This document shows, one piece after another, positions 12,414 to 21,850 of a stretch of 53,844 nucleotides of DNA. A program made the translations under genes and the position numbers. The DNA lies in the NCBI GenBank assembly GCA_049424145.1, contig JBMSSC010000002.1, positions 1-53,844 of the forward strand, read 5' to 3'. How positions within the stretch are numbered: position 1 is the first letter of the stretch; each line of letters begins with the position of its first letter. The notes under the pieces were generated by a model that saw nothing but the letters and a program-made list of their open reading frames with translations, searched no databases and had not been told where the DNA came from. Source of the DNA: Bdellovibrionia bacterium (GTDB taxonomy: Bacteria; Bdellovibrionota; UBA1018).

Positions 12414-14600
12414 CTAGGTGCGGAACCGCTCCACGGTGATGACTCCCTTTTTGGCTTCCAAGGAGCTGGTCACCTTTTGAAGCTGAGTTAAATCACTCAC
12501 TTCAATGTCGAAGACGGCAATGGCTTTGCGATCTTTCGTGGTCCGAATATGGGCTGAGGCAATGTTGACGCCGCAGCCTGTGATGCTCTGGGAGAGCATG
12601 GCCAATAAGCCTGGCTCATCCGTAGAAACCACGCGAACGCGCACGTGTCGTCGAAGCGCACCTTTGTCCGTTACGTTCCACTCCACGTGGACTTTTCTCT
12701 CTTGATCAGAGTCCAGAGCCTTGTTGCAACTTCCGGTATGAATCGTCACCCCTCGGCCGCGGGTGATGAACCCTACAATACTATCTCCAGGCAATGGATT
12801 GCAGCAGCGGCCAAATCGAATGAGTACATCCTCTAGGTTGGCCACGCGAATGGCGTTTTTGCTCTCAATGCGTTTTTTGGCAGCATGAAAGACGCGTTTT
12901 AAAAAGCTCTGGTCCTCGAGGTTGGGTTTCTCGGAGTTTTTATCCAAGATTTCCTGGGGTAACAGGTCCTTGAGGTAGTCCTCAAGCGAGATTCGACCAT
13001 AGCCTAAAGCAACGTAGAGCTCCGTTTCAGACTTAATATTGTAACGAGCGGCAGGTTTGAGCAGTTCTCCCGACTTCAGTAGCTTGCTTAGGGACTGAGC
13101 ATAGGATCTCAGAGCCTTGTCCAGCAGCTCCTCTCCCAGGTGTTCGGCTCGTGTCCTTTCTTGGTCCTTAATAAAGGCCCGAATCTTAGCCTTTGCCTTG
13201 GAGCTTTTGACAATCTTCAGCCAATCCTTCGAGGGTGTTTGTGACGGAGAGGTGAGGATCTCAATGGTGTCCCCGGATTTGAGGCGATGCTTGAGCGGAA
13301 AGATTTTTCCGTTCACCTTGGCTCCAATGCACTTATTTCCCACGTCCGTATGTACGGCATAGGCAAAGTCCAAGGGAGTGGAACCATGGCTCAGTTGCTT
13401 GACCTCTCCTTGAGGCGTGAACACGAACACGTCTTCTGCAAATAGGTCGATTTTGACCGTCTCTAAAAACTCGTTTGGATCTGAGAGGTCCTTGTGCCAC
13501 TCGAGCAGTCGATTGATCCATTCCACGTTTTCTCGTGATCGACTATCAAACTTTCCTTCTTTATATTTCCAATGAGCCGCGATCCCCCCTTCGGCCACCT
13601 GGTGCATCTCCTGCGTGCGAATTTGGATTTCCACTCGCTCACCGTGAGGGCCAATCACCAGCGTATGCAGCGATTGATAGGCGTTGGCCTTGGGCATGGC
13701 AATGTAGTCTTTAAATCGTCCAGGAACAGGCTTGTAGGCAGCATGGATAACCCCCAGGGATTTATAGCACTCCGTGATGTTATCGACGATGATCCGAAAA
13801 GCGATGATGTCAAAAACTTGCTCATAATCCGCTTTGCGACGTTCCATTTTTTTATAAATGGAGAAGAAGTGCTTGGCTCGCCCGGTGACTTGAGCCTTAA
13901 TATCGTACTCTTTGAGCCGTTCATCGAGAATTAAGGAGACCTCTTCAATGTACTTCTCCCTCTCTTTTTTGGTCTTTGAGACTTTTTGAGCCAGCCGGTA
14001 GTAGACGTCCGGATGGAGGTATCGTAAGCACAGGTCCTCAAGCTCCGTTTTGATCCAACTGATCCCCAGGCGGTTAGCAATCGGAGCGTAAATATCAAGC
14101 GTCTCTTGAGCGATGGTTTTTTGTTTTTGGCTGGAGAGGTGCTCCAGAGTTCTCATATTATTGAGCCGATCCGCCAGTTTGACTAAGATCACGCGGATAT
14201 CTTTAGCCATGGCTAAGATCATTTTTCTAAAATTCTCAGCCTGCTTTTCTTCCGACGTTTTAAACGTCATTTTTGAGAGCTTCGTGACGCCATCGACCAG
14301 CTCTGAAATGGGACCTCCGAACTCAGCTTGGATCTGCTCTAAGGTGGCATGGGTGTCCTCGACCGTATCGTGCAGGAGTCCCGTGATGATGCTGGGAATG
14401 TCTAAAGACAGGTCGGCTAAGGTTTGAGCCACTTCAGTCGGATGAATCATGTAGGGCTCACCGCTTGAGCGAACCTGGCCTCGGTGTGCCTCTGCCGCAA
14501 AAGCGTAGGCTTTTTTGATCGGCTCTAAATTCGCCTCCGGATAGTAGCTTGCAATTTTACTACAAATAGTCTCCAGCGTAGCCGTTGGGCGTTTGGTCAT
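12414..14600 (-). CDS. rel: Bifunctional (p)ppGpp synthetase/hydrolase (RelA/SpoT homolog)
   Basis: 728 aa with an HD hydrolase domain (HPTEVA, LLHDTVEDT), a synthetase domain (YKSLHT-like QSLHTLV), a TGS region and a C-terminal ACT-like domain. Confidence 0.95.
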   Translation of the reverse strand: MTKRPTATLETICSKIASYYPEANLEPIKKAYAFAAEAHRGQVRSSGEPYMIHPTEVAQTLADLSLDIPSIITGLLHDTVEDTHATLEQIQAEFGGPISELVDGVTKLSKMTFKTSEEKQAENFRKMILAMAKDIRVILVKLADRLNNMRTLEHLSSQKQKTIAQETLDIYAPIANRLGISWIKTELEDLCLRYLHPDVYYRLAQKVSKTKKEREKYIEEVSLILDERLKEYDIKAQVTGRAKHFFSIYKKMERRKADYEQVFDIIAFRIIVDNITECYKSLGVIHAAYKPVPGRFKDYIAMPKANAYQSLHTLVIGPHGERVEIQIRTQEMHQVAEGGIAAHWKYKEGKFDSRSRENVEWINRLLEWHKDLSDPNEFLETVKIDLFAEDVFVFTPQGEVKQLSHGSTPLDFAYAVHTDVGNKCIGAKVNGKIFPLKHRLKSGDTIEILTSPSQTPSKDWLKIVKSSKAKAKIRAFIKDQERTRAEHLGEELLDKALRSYAQSLSKLLKSGELLKPAARYNIKSETELYVALGYGRISLEDYLKDLLPQEILDKNSEKPNLEDQSFLKRVFHAAKKRIESKNAIRVANLEDVLIRFGRCCNPLPGDSIVGFITRGRGVTIHTGSCNKALDSDQERKVHVEWNVTDKGALRRHVRVRVVSTDEPGLLAMLSQSITGCGVNIASAHIRTTKDRKAIAVFDIEVSDLTQLQKVTSSLEAKKGVITVERFRT

Positions 14601-14624
14601 GATGGGCTCTCAGTCCTTTTTAGG

Positions 14625-15197
14625 TCACGTCAGCGCTTTTGCAACGATCGTCTTTAACTCCGCGTAGGCTCGTTCTAAATCTTCATTGATGATGATGTGA
14701 GCAAAGCGCTTTTGATGCTCCATCTCTGCCTGGGCACGACGCATACGCTTTTGAATGACTTCACGGGTATCCGTTCCTCGGGCCATTAAGCGCTGTTCAA
14801 GGACCTCGAGACTGGGGGGGGCAATAAAGATCAACAGCGATTGATCCGCAAAGGCTTGCTGGATACTTTGAGCGCCTTGTACGTCAATGTCGAGTAAGAC
14901 TGAGCGGTGGGTCCTAAGCGCCTCTTCAATCACGCTCTTCGATGTTCCGTAGTAGTTTTCATGGACCTGAGCCCACTCAGCGAAGCGATTCTCATGAATG
15001 AGTTTTTGAAACTCCTCGCGCGTGAGAAAATGATAGTCCACCCCGTTTTTTTCTCGTCCACGGGGTGCTCGCGTGGTGGATGAAATCGAGAGGACCAAAT
15101 CCGGGAAGTCTTTTAACAACTTCTGACACAAGGTGGTTTTTCCTGCCCCTGAAGGAGCGGAGATCACAATCAGGCGGTTTTTTTTCAAGGGTCTCAC
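14625..15197 (-). CDS. gmk: Guanylate kinase
   Basis: P-loop ISAPSGAGKTTL, SSTTRAPRGREKNGVDYHF, and the typical length of 190 aa. Confidence 0.95.
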   Translation of the reverse strand: MRPLKKNRLIVISAPSGAGKTTLCQKLLKDFPDLVLSISSTTRAPRGREKNGVDYHFLTREEFQKLIHENRFAEWAQVHENYYGTSKSVIEEALRTHRSVLLDIDVQGAQSIQQAFADQSLLIFIAPPSLEVLEQRLMARGTDTREVIQKRMRRAQAEMEHQKRFAHIIINEDLERAYAELKTIVAKALT

Positions 15198-15230
15198 TTC
15201 ACTTTTCTTAGGCCCCCAAAGGGAGGAACC

Positions 15231-16265
15231 TTAGTTTCCTGCCTCAAGCGGAGCATGGGCAAAGGAGGCATGTCCCATTTTTCTAAACTTTTCGAGCCGT
15301 TGATTCAGCAGTTCGTCCGGGCTTTTCTTCCACAATTGGAGCAACGGATCCATGGTTTCAATTAAGGCGGTCTGAATGGAGGAGGCGGCTTGAGCCCAGT
15401 CGCGATGGGCGCCTCCTTTGGGTTCTGGAACCATGCCGTCGATCACGCCTAAGCGGAGGAGCTCGGTGGGATTCATTTTTAGCTTCTCACTTGCTCTCTC
15501 GGCTAAAGTGGAATCACTCCAGAGGATCGAAGCGCAGCTCTCAGGGGAAATCACTGAGTAGGTGCTAAACTCTTGCATCAAGACTCGGTTGGCCACTCCA
15601 ATGGCTAAGGCTCCTCCTGATCCTCCCTCTCCAATCACAAGAGAGAGAATGGGGACCTTAAGGGTGAACATGAGTTGGATGCTCTCGGCAATGGCTTGGG
15701 ACTGACCTCGTTCCTCGGCCTCTAACCCAGGATAAGCCCCTGGGGTATCAATGAAAGTCACAATCGGCATCTTGCAACGATGGGCTAAGTCCATGAGTCG
15801 CATGGCTTTTCGATAGCCCTCGGGCTTAGCCATCCCGAAGTTGCGCTCCATTTTTTGCTTCGTGCTTCGTCCTTTTTGATGTCCCAGGATTAAAACCGAA
15901 CCTTTGTAGGCGGATCGCTTTGGGGAGGCCCCATCGATGGAGAGAGAAGGGGGCCAGCTTGCGATTCCTCCTAGGATGGCTTGGTCCTCGCCAAAGGTGC
16001 GATCCCCATGCAATTCCATGAAATCCGGGAAGAGGAGGTCCACGTAATCCCGTGAGTAGGGACGATTTGGGTGACGGCTCAGCTGGACTTTTTGCCACGG
16101 AGTGAGTCGTAAGTACGTGTCTTGAATGAGGTCTGTCACCTTTTTTTCTAAAAGTGCGATCTCCGTACTTAAGTCCACCCCGCCTTGAATGGCGAGCTCC
16201 CTTAAGTCCTGTAACTTTTTCTCCAAATTCACGATGGGCTTTTCAAACTCGAAAAAGGCTTCCAT
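15231..16265 (-). CDS. accA: Acetyl-CoA carboxylase carboxyltransferase subunit alpha
   Basis: The pattern LTPWQKVQLSRHPNRP, FIDTPGAYPG, EERGQSQAIA, IGEGGSGGALA is diagnostic of AccA. Confidence 0.95.
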   Translation of the reverse strand: MEAFFEFEKPIVNLEKKLQDLRELAIQGGVDLSTEIALLEKKVTDLIQDTYLRLTPWQKVQLSRHPNRPYSRDYVDLLFPDFMELHGDRTFGEDQAILGGIASWPPSLSIDGASPKRSAYKGSVLILGHQKGRSTKQKMERNFGMAKPEGYRKAMRLMDLAHRCKMPIVTFIDTPGAYPGLEAEERGQSQAIAESIQLMFTLKVPILSLVIGEGGSGGALAIGVANRVLMQEFSTYSVISPESCASILWSDSTLAERASEKLKMNPTELLRLGVIDGMVPEPKGGAHRDWAQAASSIQTALIETMDPLLQLWKKSPDELLNQRLEKFRKMGHASFAHAPLEAGN

Positions 16266-16377
16266 AACGCTTGAAACTTATCATGTTTAGCCCAGATTGC
16301 ATTGGAGAAATGCTGTTTTTTAGGGTCCAGGTGAGGTTTCGTTTGAGTTTTTAACCTAGTTTTGACAAAGATTCGGC

Positions 16378-17181
16378 ATGAATTTGATCAGAAATCATAG
16401 GTGGTCTTGGACTGTGCTTGGGATTTGTTTTGTAGCTCTGGGGATTCTGGGGCAAGCGTCAGTGGGCCGCTGTGATGCTCCTGTTCTTCCGGTGACGCCA
16501 AAAGAGGGGGGAGTCGAGCCCAGTTATTGTGATCCGGATCGCTTTGATGCCACTGAGATTCGGCTTTCAGAAGACGTTTACTTACCTCAGTCCGGCTTAA
16601 AGAGAATCCACGCGTTTCAGTTAGGTCAAGTCACTTTGGTTGGCCTTGGGGTGGGTGATTCGAGTGTTCAAGCTGTCAAGGATTTGGCGCAAAAGTATGC
16701 TCCTCAAATGAAGGCTAAAGGGTATTGCACCTGGTACCTCAACCACCCAAAAGTGGAGAGCGATCTGAATAAAAAGTTAGCCGCACAAACTTTCATTCAT
16801 AAAGATATCTTAAAAAATCCGATGAGTATGGATGAGCAGGAGGTGGGAAAAGCCTTTATGGAGGTCATTGGCAGTAGCTTTGACCAAGAGCCTACCAGTT
16901 TCCTCTCCTGCGTGACGGGGCAGAAGTACTTGGCATTGGGATGTAACGGGATGATGCACCGAGGGCCTACCGTGTTTGGGATGGTTTTGGCTTTCAGTGG
17001 TTGCTCCCCCTCTCATGCCTTGGAAATCAGTAATCAGATTTGGGGTTTAAACGGAGTGAAACGAAAAGTCAGACTCTCGGCCATCCAAAAAGCTTATGAA
17101 TTAGGGGAGCGTCACCCAGAATCCAGAAAGCGGATGCAGGACGCCTTTTTAGGAACCGAACGAGGGCTGAAGAAAGACTAA
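16378..17181 (+). CDS. Hypothetical secreted protein
   Basis: N-terminal signal-like segment (TVLGICFVALGILGQASVG). I recognised no family motifs. It runs in the same direction as the next gene and lies 3 nt from it. Confidence 0.5.
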   Translation: MNLIRNHRWSWTVLGICFVALGILGQASVGRCDAPVLPVTPKEGGVEPSYCDPDRFDATEIRLSEDVYLPQSGLKRIHAFQLGQVTLVGLGVGDSSVQAVKDLAQKYAPQMKAKGYCTWYLNHPKVESDLNKKLAAQTFIHKDILKNPMSMDEQEVGKAFMEVIGSSFDQEPTSFLSCVTGQKYLALGCNGMMHRGPTVFGMVLAFSGCSPSHALEISNQIWGLNGVKRKVRLSAIQKAYELGERHPESRKRMQDAFLGTERGLKKD

Positions 17182-17184
17182 ATC

Positions 17185-17856
17185 ATGAGTGCAGACTCTC
17201 ATGCGACGGCGGCACCTGATCCGCACGCCGCAACGAGTGAGGCGGAGCCTAAAAAAAAGCGTCGCCCGGAAAAAGTCGATCAGTTTTTCAACTTCTTAGA
17301 AAAAGTCTTTCGGGAGACCCTTCCCGATCTCTTTGGGAGCTTTCGCTCCGTCGACCGCTCCACGCGGCGAATGGCTCTGTTGACAGTGATGTGTGGAGCT
17401 GGGTTTTTATGGGTCTCCACGTCGGTGAGCTGGCACTTTGGGGGAGTTTTGCTCAAGAAGTACCTTGATTTCAAAGAAGCTCAGGTGCAGGAGATTAAAG
17501 CTCGCCTGGCCGTGGAGAAAGAAAAGACGGATCAAGCCGCAAGTTGGGTGAGTTTAAAGTTCTTTACATTTGAGGCCGTTCCCTCTCGGTCTGAGTTCGG
17601 AAAGTACCCACCGCGCTCGGTGGAGTTTGACCTTTCCGTTCGATGTGACTCCCCGTTGTCTTGCCAGTACTTAAGTCACTATAGCGCTGAGGCAAAAAAC
17701 GCAATTGTGAGGGTTTTAGCCGGTCAAAAACGAGAATTCCTCATGACCCCGTTAGGGAAGAAAAAGCTAAGACAAGCGATTACGGAATCGCTAAATGCCT
17801 GGATTCCTCATGGGAAAATTGTAGACGTTTTTTTCACCCGATTTTTGATCCTGTAA
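17185..17856 (+). CDS. FliL-like single-pass membrane protein
   Basis: It has a charged N-terminus, one TM segment (MALLTVMCGAGFLWV), and a C-terminal segment (EAKNAIVRVLAGQKREFLMTPLGKKKLRQAITESLNAW, VDVFFTRFLI). That C-terminal segment follows the FliL pattern of protein-family end motifs. This is motif-level only. Confidence 0.45.
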   Translation: MSADSHATAAPDPHAATSEAEPKKKRRPEKVDQFFNFLEKVFRETLPDLFGSFRSVDRSTRRMALLTVMCGAGFLWVSTSVSWHFGGVLLKKYLDFKEAQVQEIKARLAVEKEKTDQAASWVSLKFFTFEAVPSRSEFGKYPPRSVEFDLSVRCDSPLSCQYLSHYSAEAKNAIVRVLAGQKREFLMTPLGKKKLRQAITESLNAWIPHGKIVDVFFTRFLIL

Positions 17857-19131
17857 AACACTTTTGGCACGTGGACCTTGAATGTGGTGGCGTTTGAGCA
17901 TCTCAAACAAGGTGCTGCGAGCCACTCCGAGGACTTCTGCGCTTTTTCTTCGATTGCCGTGACAGAGGTTTAACACCTTTAAAAGAAGGGCTTTTTCCAT
18001 CTCGTGAAGACTTAAGACGGAGGCTCCCAGTTCCAGCTCGGGTTGCTGGCGAACGTTTTCCGCAGTGAGCAGGAAGGAGAAAGCCTGGGGATCTAAAAAA
18101 GCGGAAGAACTCGACAAGCTGGCTGCTCGCTCCACACAATGCCTGAGTTCACGGACGTTGCCTGGCCACCGGTGGGCTTTTAGACGCAGGAGAGCCCCGG
18201 GGCTCAGAGTTTTTTGAAACCTCTGAGCGTACTCTCGAGCCAAAAGCTCAATGTCTTCAGGTCGGGACCTTAAGCTTGGGATCGTCAGCGGAATGGAGGC
18301 TAAGCGAAAGTACAGATCTTTTCTGAACTTTCCCTCGTGGGAGAGATCTAAAAGTGAGCGGTGCGTGGCACAGATGAGTCTCACGTTGGCTTTACAGAAT
18401 CGATCTGAGCCGACGGGCTTGATTTCTCCGTTCTCTAAGAACCGCAGAAGCTTCACTTGGATTTCAAGCGGTAGGTCTCCGATCTCATCTAAAAAAAGGG
18501 TTCCCTGGTGAGCTTGCATTAAGGCTCCTGGGCGGCTTTCAATGGCCCCGGTGAACGCGCCCTTGACGTGCCCAAAGAGCTCACTTTCGACAAGCGTCGG
18601 AGGGAGTGCCCCGCAGTGAAGCGGGATGAAGGGGCCGGATTTGCGATCGCTCCAGCTATGAATCAAGTGAGCCAAGACCTCCTTTCCTGTTCCCGTCTCT
18701 CCACTTAAGTAGACGGAAAGAGGCGTTGCTGCAGCCTTTCGTGCCATCCACAGCAGTTCGCGTCCGGATTCGCTTCGAGTGAGCCAGGGTCGGGCGTTGG
18801 CAGGGGTGGGTGGGAGTTCGTGTTTTTGTCCTGTGGGTTCAAGCAGGAGCTGGGTTTCTCCGAGTCGTAACGGGACTCCGATGGGGAATTGGACCTCACG
18901 CACAGCCATTCCTGCTAACTGCGCGGGTGGGGCATGCTCAGGGATTTTGAGCCAAAAGTAGGAGATGGGACTGGGGCGGTCCGGGTAAAGGCATGCCGCT
19001 TCGAGTGCTACGGTGGGGTCTTTTAAGACCAATTGTGAGCTCTGATTTCTTCCGATAGTCAATTGGTTTTGAATCGCAATTTTGCGAGTTTCGCCTGAGG
19101 GTTCATGGATTCTTAAAGTCCAGCTCATCAC
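17791..19131 (-). CDS. Sigma-54-dependent transcriptional activator with N-terminal FHA-like domain
   Basis: AAA+ core with GETGTGKE (Walker A), GAFTGA (sigma-54 contact loop) and LFLDEIG (Walker B). The C-terminus has a Fis-type HTH (SAEVLGVARSTLFEMLKRH). The N-terminal ~100 aa resembles FHA (LTIGRNQSSQLVLKDPTV), not a receiver domain. Confidence 0.85.
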   Translation of the reverse strand: MMSWTLRIHEPSGETRKIAIQNQLTIGRNQSSQLVLKDPTVALEAACLYPDRPSPISYFWLKIPEHAPPAQLAGMAVREVQFPIGVPLRLGETQLLLEPTGQKHELPPTPANARPWLTRSESGRELLWMARKAAATPLSVYLSGETGTGKEVLAHLIHSWSDRKSGPFIPLHCGALPPTLVESELFGHVKGAFTGAIESRPGALMQAHQGTLFLDEIGDLPLEIQVKLLRFLENGEIKPVGSDRFCKANVRLICATHRSLLDLSHEGKFRKDLYFRLASIPLTIPSLRSRPEDIELLAREYAQRFQKTLSPGALLRLKAHRWPGNVRELRHCVERAASLSSSSAFLDPQAFSFLLTAENVRQQPELELGASVLSLHEMEKALLLKVLNLCHGNRRKSAEVLGVARSTLFEMLKRHHIQGPRAKSVLQDQKSGEKNVYNFPMRNPGI

Positions 19132-19349
19132 GTTTTTCCTTTCTCAAAGAGAGGCCTGGCCTTGAGCAAGCGATGTGCCAAGCAGAGAGGCCTTGGGGAA
19201 AAAGAGCCCCAGGCAGGGTGAAGTCCAGCCTGGCCTGAGAGGAATTGAATCCATTGGCAATCCCGAGGAAAACTAGGTAAGGACAAGGAAACCAAAAATC
19301 GGTGCATTCGTGCAACCGGTGGTAAGCCTTTAACACCAGGTGGACAGCC

Positions 19350-19979
19350 ATGCGAATCGCAGGAAAAACCAGTCAGCCCGAATTTCTCGTCACCCTTGCC
19401 GACATCCGTCAAATGGAGGATTTATTCACAGGCCGGTATTTAAAAGGCCATGGCGAACCTCGAGTGGCGATGGTGGGGCGATCAAATGTGGGCAAGAGCT
19501 CCCTGATTAATCAGCTGACCGGGGCAAGACTTGCTCAAACGAGTGCTCAACCGGGAAAAACGAGGGCGATTCATTTTTATCACTGGAAAGAGGCGCGCAG
19601 GATCATTGCTGATCTGCCAGGCTACGGTTACGCCAAAGCCTCAAAAGAGGAGCGTCAACGCTGGGAAGGCTTTATTCAAGCCTACCTGAAGAGGGAGGAA
19701 AACCTCGATCGAGCGCTAGTTTTACTCGATGCCCGCTATGGACCTACGCCCATTGATTTACAGGCAATTGATTTTTTAAGTAGCCTGGGAGTGGCTTTGA
19801 CCTTTGTATTCTCTAAAGCGGATACCCTGAAGACTCAAGCCGAGCGAGCGAGGCGAAAAAAAGAAGTCTCTGCCACGCTCGAGGGTTTTGGAGTGGACGC
19901 GAGCACCGCATTTTGGGTGTCCATTCATGATCCCCAGAGCGTGAAGAAGCTGAGAGCTGGAATTCTGGAGTCCTCCTAG
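19350..19979 (+). CDS. engB: Ribosome-biogenesis GTPase EngB/YihA
   Basis: The G1 motif is GRSNVGKSSLIN. PGKTR, DLPGYG and SKADT are the G2-G4 equivalents. Length is typical at about 200 aa. Confidence 0.9.
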   Translation: MRIAGKTSQPEFLVTLADIRQMEDLFTGRYLKGHGEPRVAMVGRSNVGKSSLINQLTGARLAQTSAQPGKTRAIHFYHWKEARRIIADLPGYGYAKASKEERQRWEGFIQAYLKREENLDRALVLLDARYGPTPIDLQAIDFLSSLGVALTFVFSKADTLKTQAERARRKKEVSATLEGFGVDASTAFWVSIHDPQSVKKLRAGILESS

Positions 19980-20230
19980 ATTTTGGATCCCTGCTCCTCC
20001 CTCTGGGGCGCACAGAGGAAGTGGGGGCTGTTTACTTTGATCTGTTTTCGGAGGAGAATTTCCTCTTAGGCCAAGTCTGAGAAAGACCGCATTGTTGCTT
20101 GAGATTTCAGTCCTATCTGGGCTAGATTTGAGAAATTCAAGCTCGTGCGTTCATGAGCCGCGTCGTAAGAAAAAGAAAGAATCGGCCAATTCATGGGCCC
20201 GGTTCAGGGTCAGAGCAAGAGAGGAGCCAG

Positions 20231-20446
20231 ATGCCAAGATCTTTGGTTTTCATCATCGGGGTCGAGCTTTTATTGAATTTGATCACGCTCTTTTTATTGA
20301 GTCGGCAGGGAAATCAAGCCGCGGCAAAACCCAAAAAAAGTACTTTCGGAGTCGATGGTCTCTGTCTTTTTTTCATTGCCTTGACCTTTCTCTGGTCCAT
20401 CTTTACGGGAATGATCTTTGAGTTAAGTCACATGAGGTTGGGATGA
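20231..20446 (+). CDS. Small two-TM membrane protein (hypothetical)
   Basis: Two hydrophobic helices are present: SLVFIIGVELLLNLITLFLL and GLCLFFIALTFLWSIFTGMIF. The stop overlaps the next ATG in an ATGA junction. The ORF could start as early as 20153. Confidence 0.4.
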   Translation: MPRSLVFIIGVELLLNLITLFLLSRQGNQAAAKPKKSTFGVDGLCLFFIALTFLWSIFTGMIFELSHMRLG

Positions 20447-21546
20447 GGTCCATTCAGAAACCCAGGACTACTCGGGCTCTGAGTCGGATTGGAGTGATAG
20501 CTCCCAGTTCGAAAGTACCCGAGGTCGAGCTTGAGCTTGGAGTGGAGCGAATCCGGCAAGAAGGCTTTGTGGTCGATGTGCATCCGCAGTGTTTTGAGAG
20601 CCATCTTTTTTTTGCCGGGACGGATGAACAACGAGCGCAGGCTTTTTTTGATTATGCGAGGAGTCCGGATCATGCCGTGCTCTGGTGCGCTCGTGGGGGA
20701 CACGGTTCCACGCGCTTGTTACCTCAACTTCAAAAGCTCGCTCTTAAACGGGGCAAGCCCAAAGCCAAGCTCCTCGTTGGCTACTCCGATGCGACTGCTC
20801 TGATGGAATATGTGAGGAGTGCCTGGGGTTGGTCGACGCTTCACGCTCCGATGCCCAGCTTACGAAAATTTAGTCTTTTAGGTGACTCTGATTGGGGATC
20901 CATGCGTCAGCTGATTTCAGGAAAATCTTTAAATGTACCCTGGGATCAAAAGCCGCTTGAGTTTCTGGGGACGCCCCCGAAGAAGCCAGTAGAGGGGACT
21001 CTTGTGGGAGGAAATCTCACGGTTTGGAACTGCTTGCTGGCCACTCGGTTTCAGCCCCAGGTCGAAGGGAAGATCCTTTTTTTTGAGGATGTAGATGAGA
21101 GCCTGTATCGGATTGATCGCCTTCTGCAGCAGCTCTTGAACTCTGGTACATTAAAGGGGGCTCGAGCGCTGGTTTTAGGAAATTTTCTCAATTGTGAGGA
21201 CCCCGTCCCCTGGGTTTTAAAGAAAAAGCCACCCATTAGGGATAGGAGCAGGGTCTTAAGTGCGCCAGAAAAAGTGGAGCTCAAACCGTTGAGACGCTCC
21301 ATGGAGGCTCAAAACACGTTAAAGATTCTGTTTCAAGACTTCTCTGAAAGGCTGGGAGTTCCGGTAGCCTTTGGGCTCCCGGTGGGGCATGGTCCTGAAG
21401 TGTCGCCTCTTCCGTTGGGAGCAGAGGTTCGCCTTGAGGTTCAAGGGCGGAGCCCAAAAGGAACTCAAAGGAGAATTCAGGGAGGCCTTCAGCTTCTGTC
21501 CTGGGATTGGCTGAAGACCTCTCAAAACTGGGCTCCTTTTTTTTAG
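20443..21546 (+). CDS. LD-carboxypeptidase (peptidase S66, LdcA-like)
   Basis: GYSDATAL (nucleophile Ser motif), FEDVDE, and GLPVGHG (catalytic His region). The C-terminal ~40 aa extension is unusual. Confidence 0.8.
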   Translation: MRSIQKPRTTRALSRIGVIAPSSKVPEVELELGVERIRQEGFVVDVHPQCFESHLFFAGTDEQRAQAFFDYARSPDHAVLWCARGGHGSTRLLPQLQKLALKRGKPKAKLLVGYSDATALMEYVRSAWGWSTLHAPMPSLRKFSLLGDSDWGSMRQLISGKSLNVPWDQKPLEFLGTPPKKPVEGTLVGGNLTVWNCLLATRFQPQVEGKILFFEDVDESLYRIDRLLQQLLNSGTLKGARALVLGNFLNCEDPVPWVLKKKPPIRDRSRVLSAPEKVELKPLRRSMEAQNTLKILFQDFSERLGVPVAFGLPVGHGPEVSPLPLGAEVRLEVQGRSPKGTQRRIQGGLQLLSWDWLKTSQNWAPFF

Positions 21547-21660
21547 AGGGGATCTGGAAAACGAGCGCACAAAGACGTCCTGAGTTCACTTTGGGGAATG
21601 GGCTGATCGGTAGAAAAGCTAGACAGACCCGCTGAACTCAGGTATGAAGAGGGGGAGTTT

Positions 21661-21690
21661 GCTTCGGCTCTACCACCGAAGCTTTGTGTT
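21661..21690 (+). terminator. Possible intrinsic terminator after the LD-carboxypeptidase gene
   Basis: GCTTCGG (21661-67) pairs with CCGAAGC (21676-82) around an 8-nt loop, followed by TTTGTGTT. It lies 14 nt upstream of tRNA-Leu. Confidence 0.45.
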
Positions 21691-21703
21691 GATTCAGTGC
21701 TGT

Positions 21704-21790
21704 GGCCTCTTGACGGAATTGGTAGACGTAGTGGACTCAAAATCCACCGCTCGCAAGGGTGTCCGAGTTCGAGTCTCGGAGAGGCCACCA
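21704..21790 (+). tRNA. tRNA-Leu (anticodon CAA), class II with long variable arm, encoded CCA
   Basis: The acceptor GGCCTCT pairs with AGAGGCC, followed by A and CCA. The D-loop GGAATTGGTAGAC is typical of tRNA-Leu. The anticodon stem is GTGGA/TCCAC with loop CTCAAAA, and the T-arm is CCGAG-TTCGAGT-CTCGG. Confidence 0.95.
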
Positions 21791-21808
21791 ACTTAACCAT
21801 CACTCACC

Positions 21809-21850
21809 ATCCACTATCCACTATCCACTATCCACTATCCACTATCCACT
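21809..21850. repeat. Perfect tandem heptamer repeat (ATCCACT) x6
   Basis: Read directly: atccact repeated six times without a mismatch, 19 nt after the tRNA-Leu 3' end. It is preceded by the related cactcacc. Confidence 0.95.

Noticed and set aside
17865-17880. A TGGCAC sequence that could be the -24 element of a sigma-54 promoter next to the sigma-54 activator gene.
   Set aside because: The position 12 nt downstream of the GG is TT rather than the required GC (-12 element). The site also lies in the convergent 3' overlap of two ORFs.
20092-20421. A 109-codon ORF competing with the small two-TM ORF.
   Set aside because: Its translation is basic and low-complexity, with no hydrophobic pattern, no RBS and no coupling to the next gene. 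The alternative frame (20231-20446) is the better, though still uncertain, candidate.
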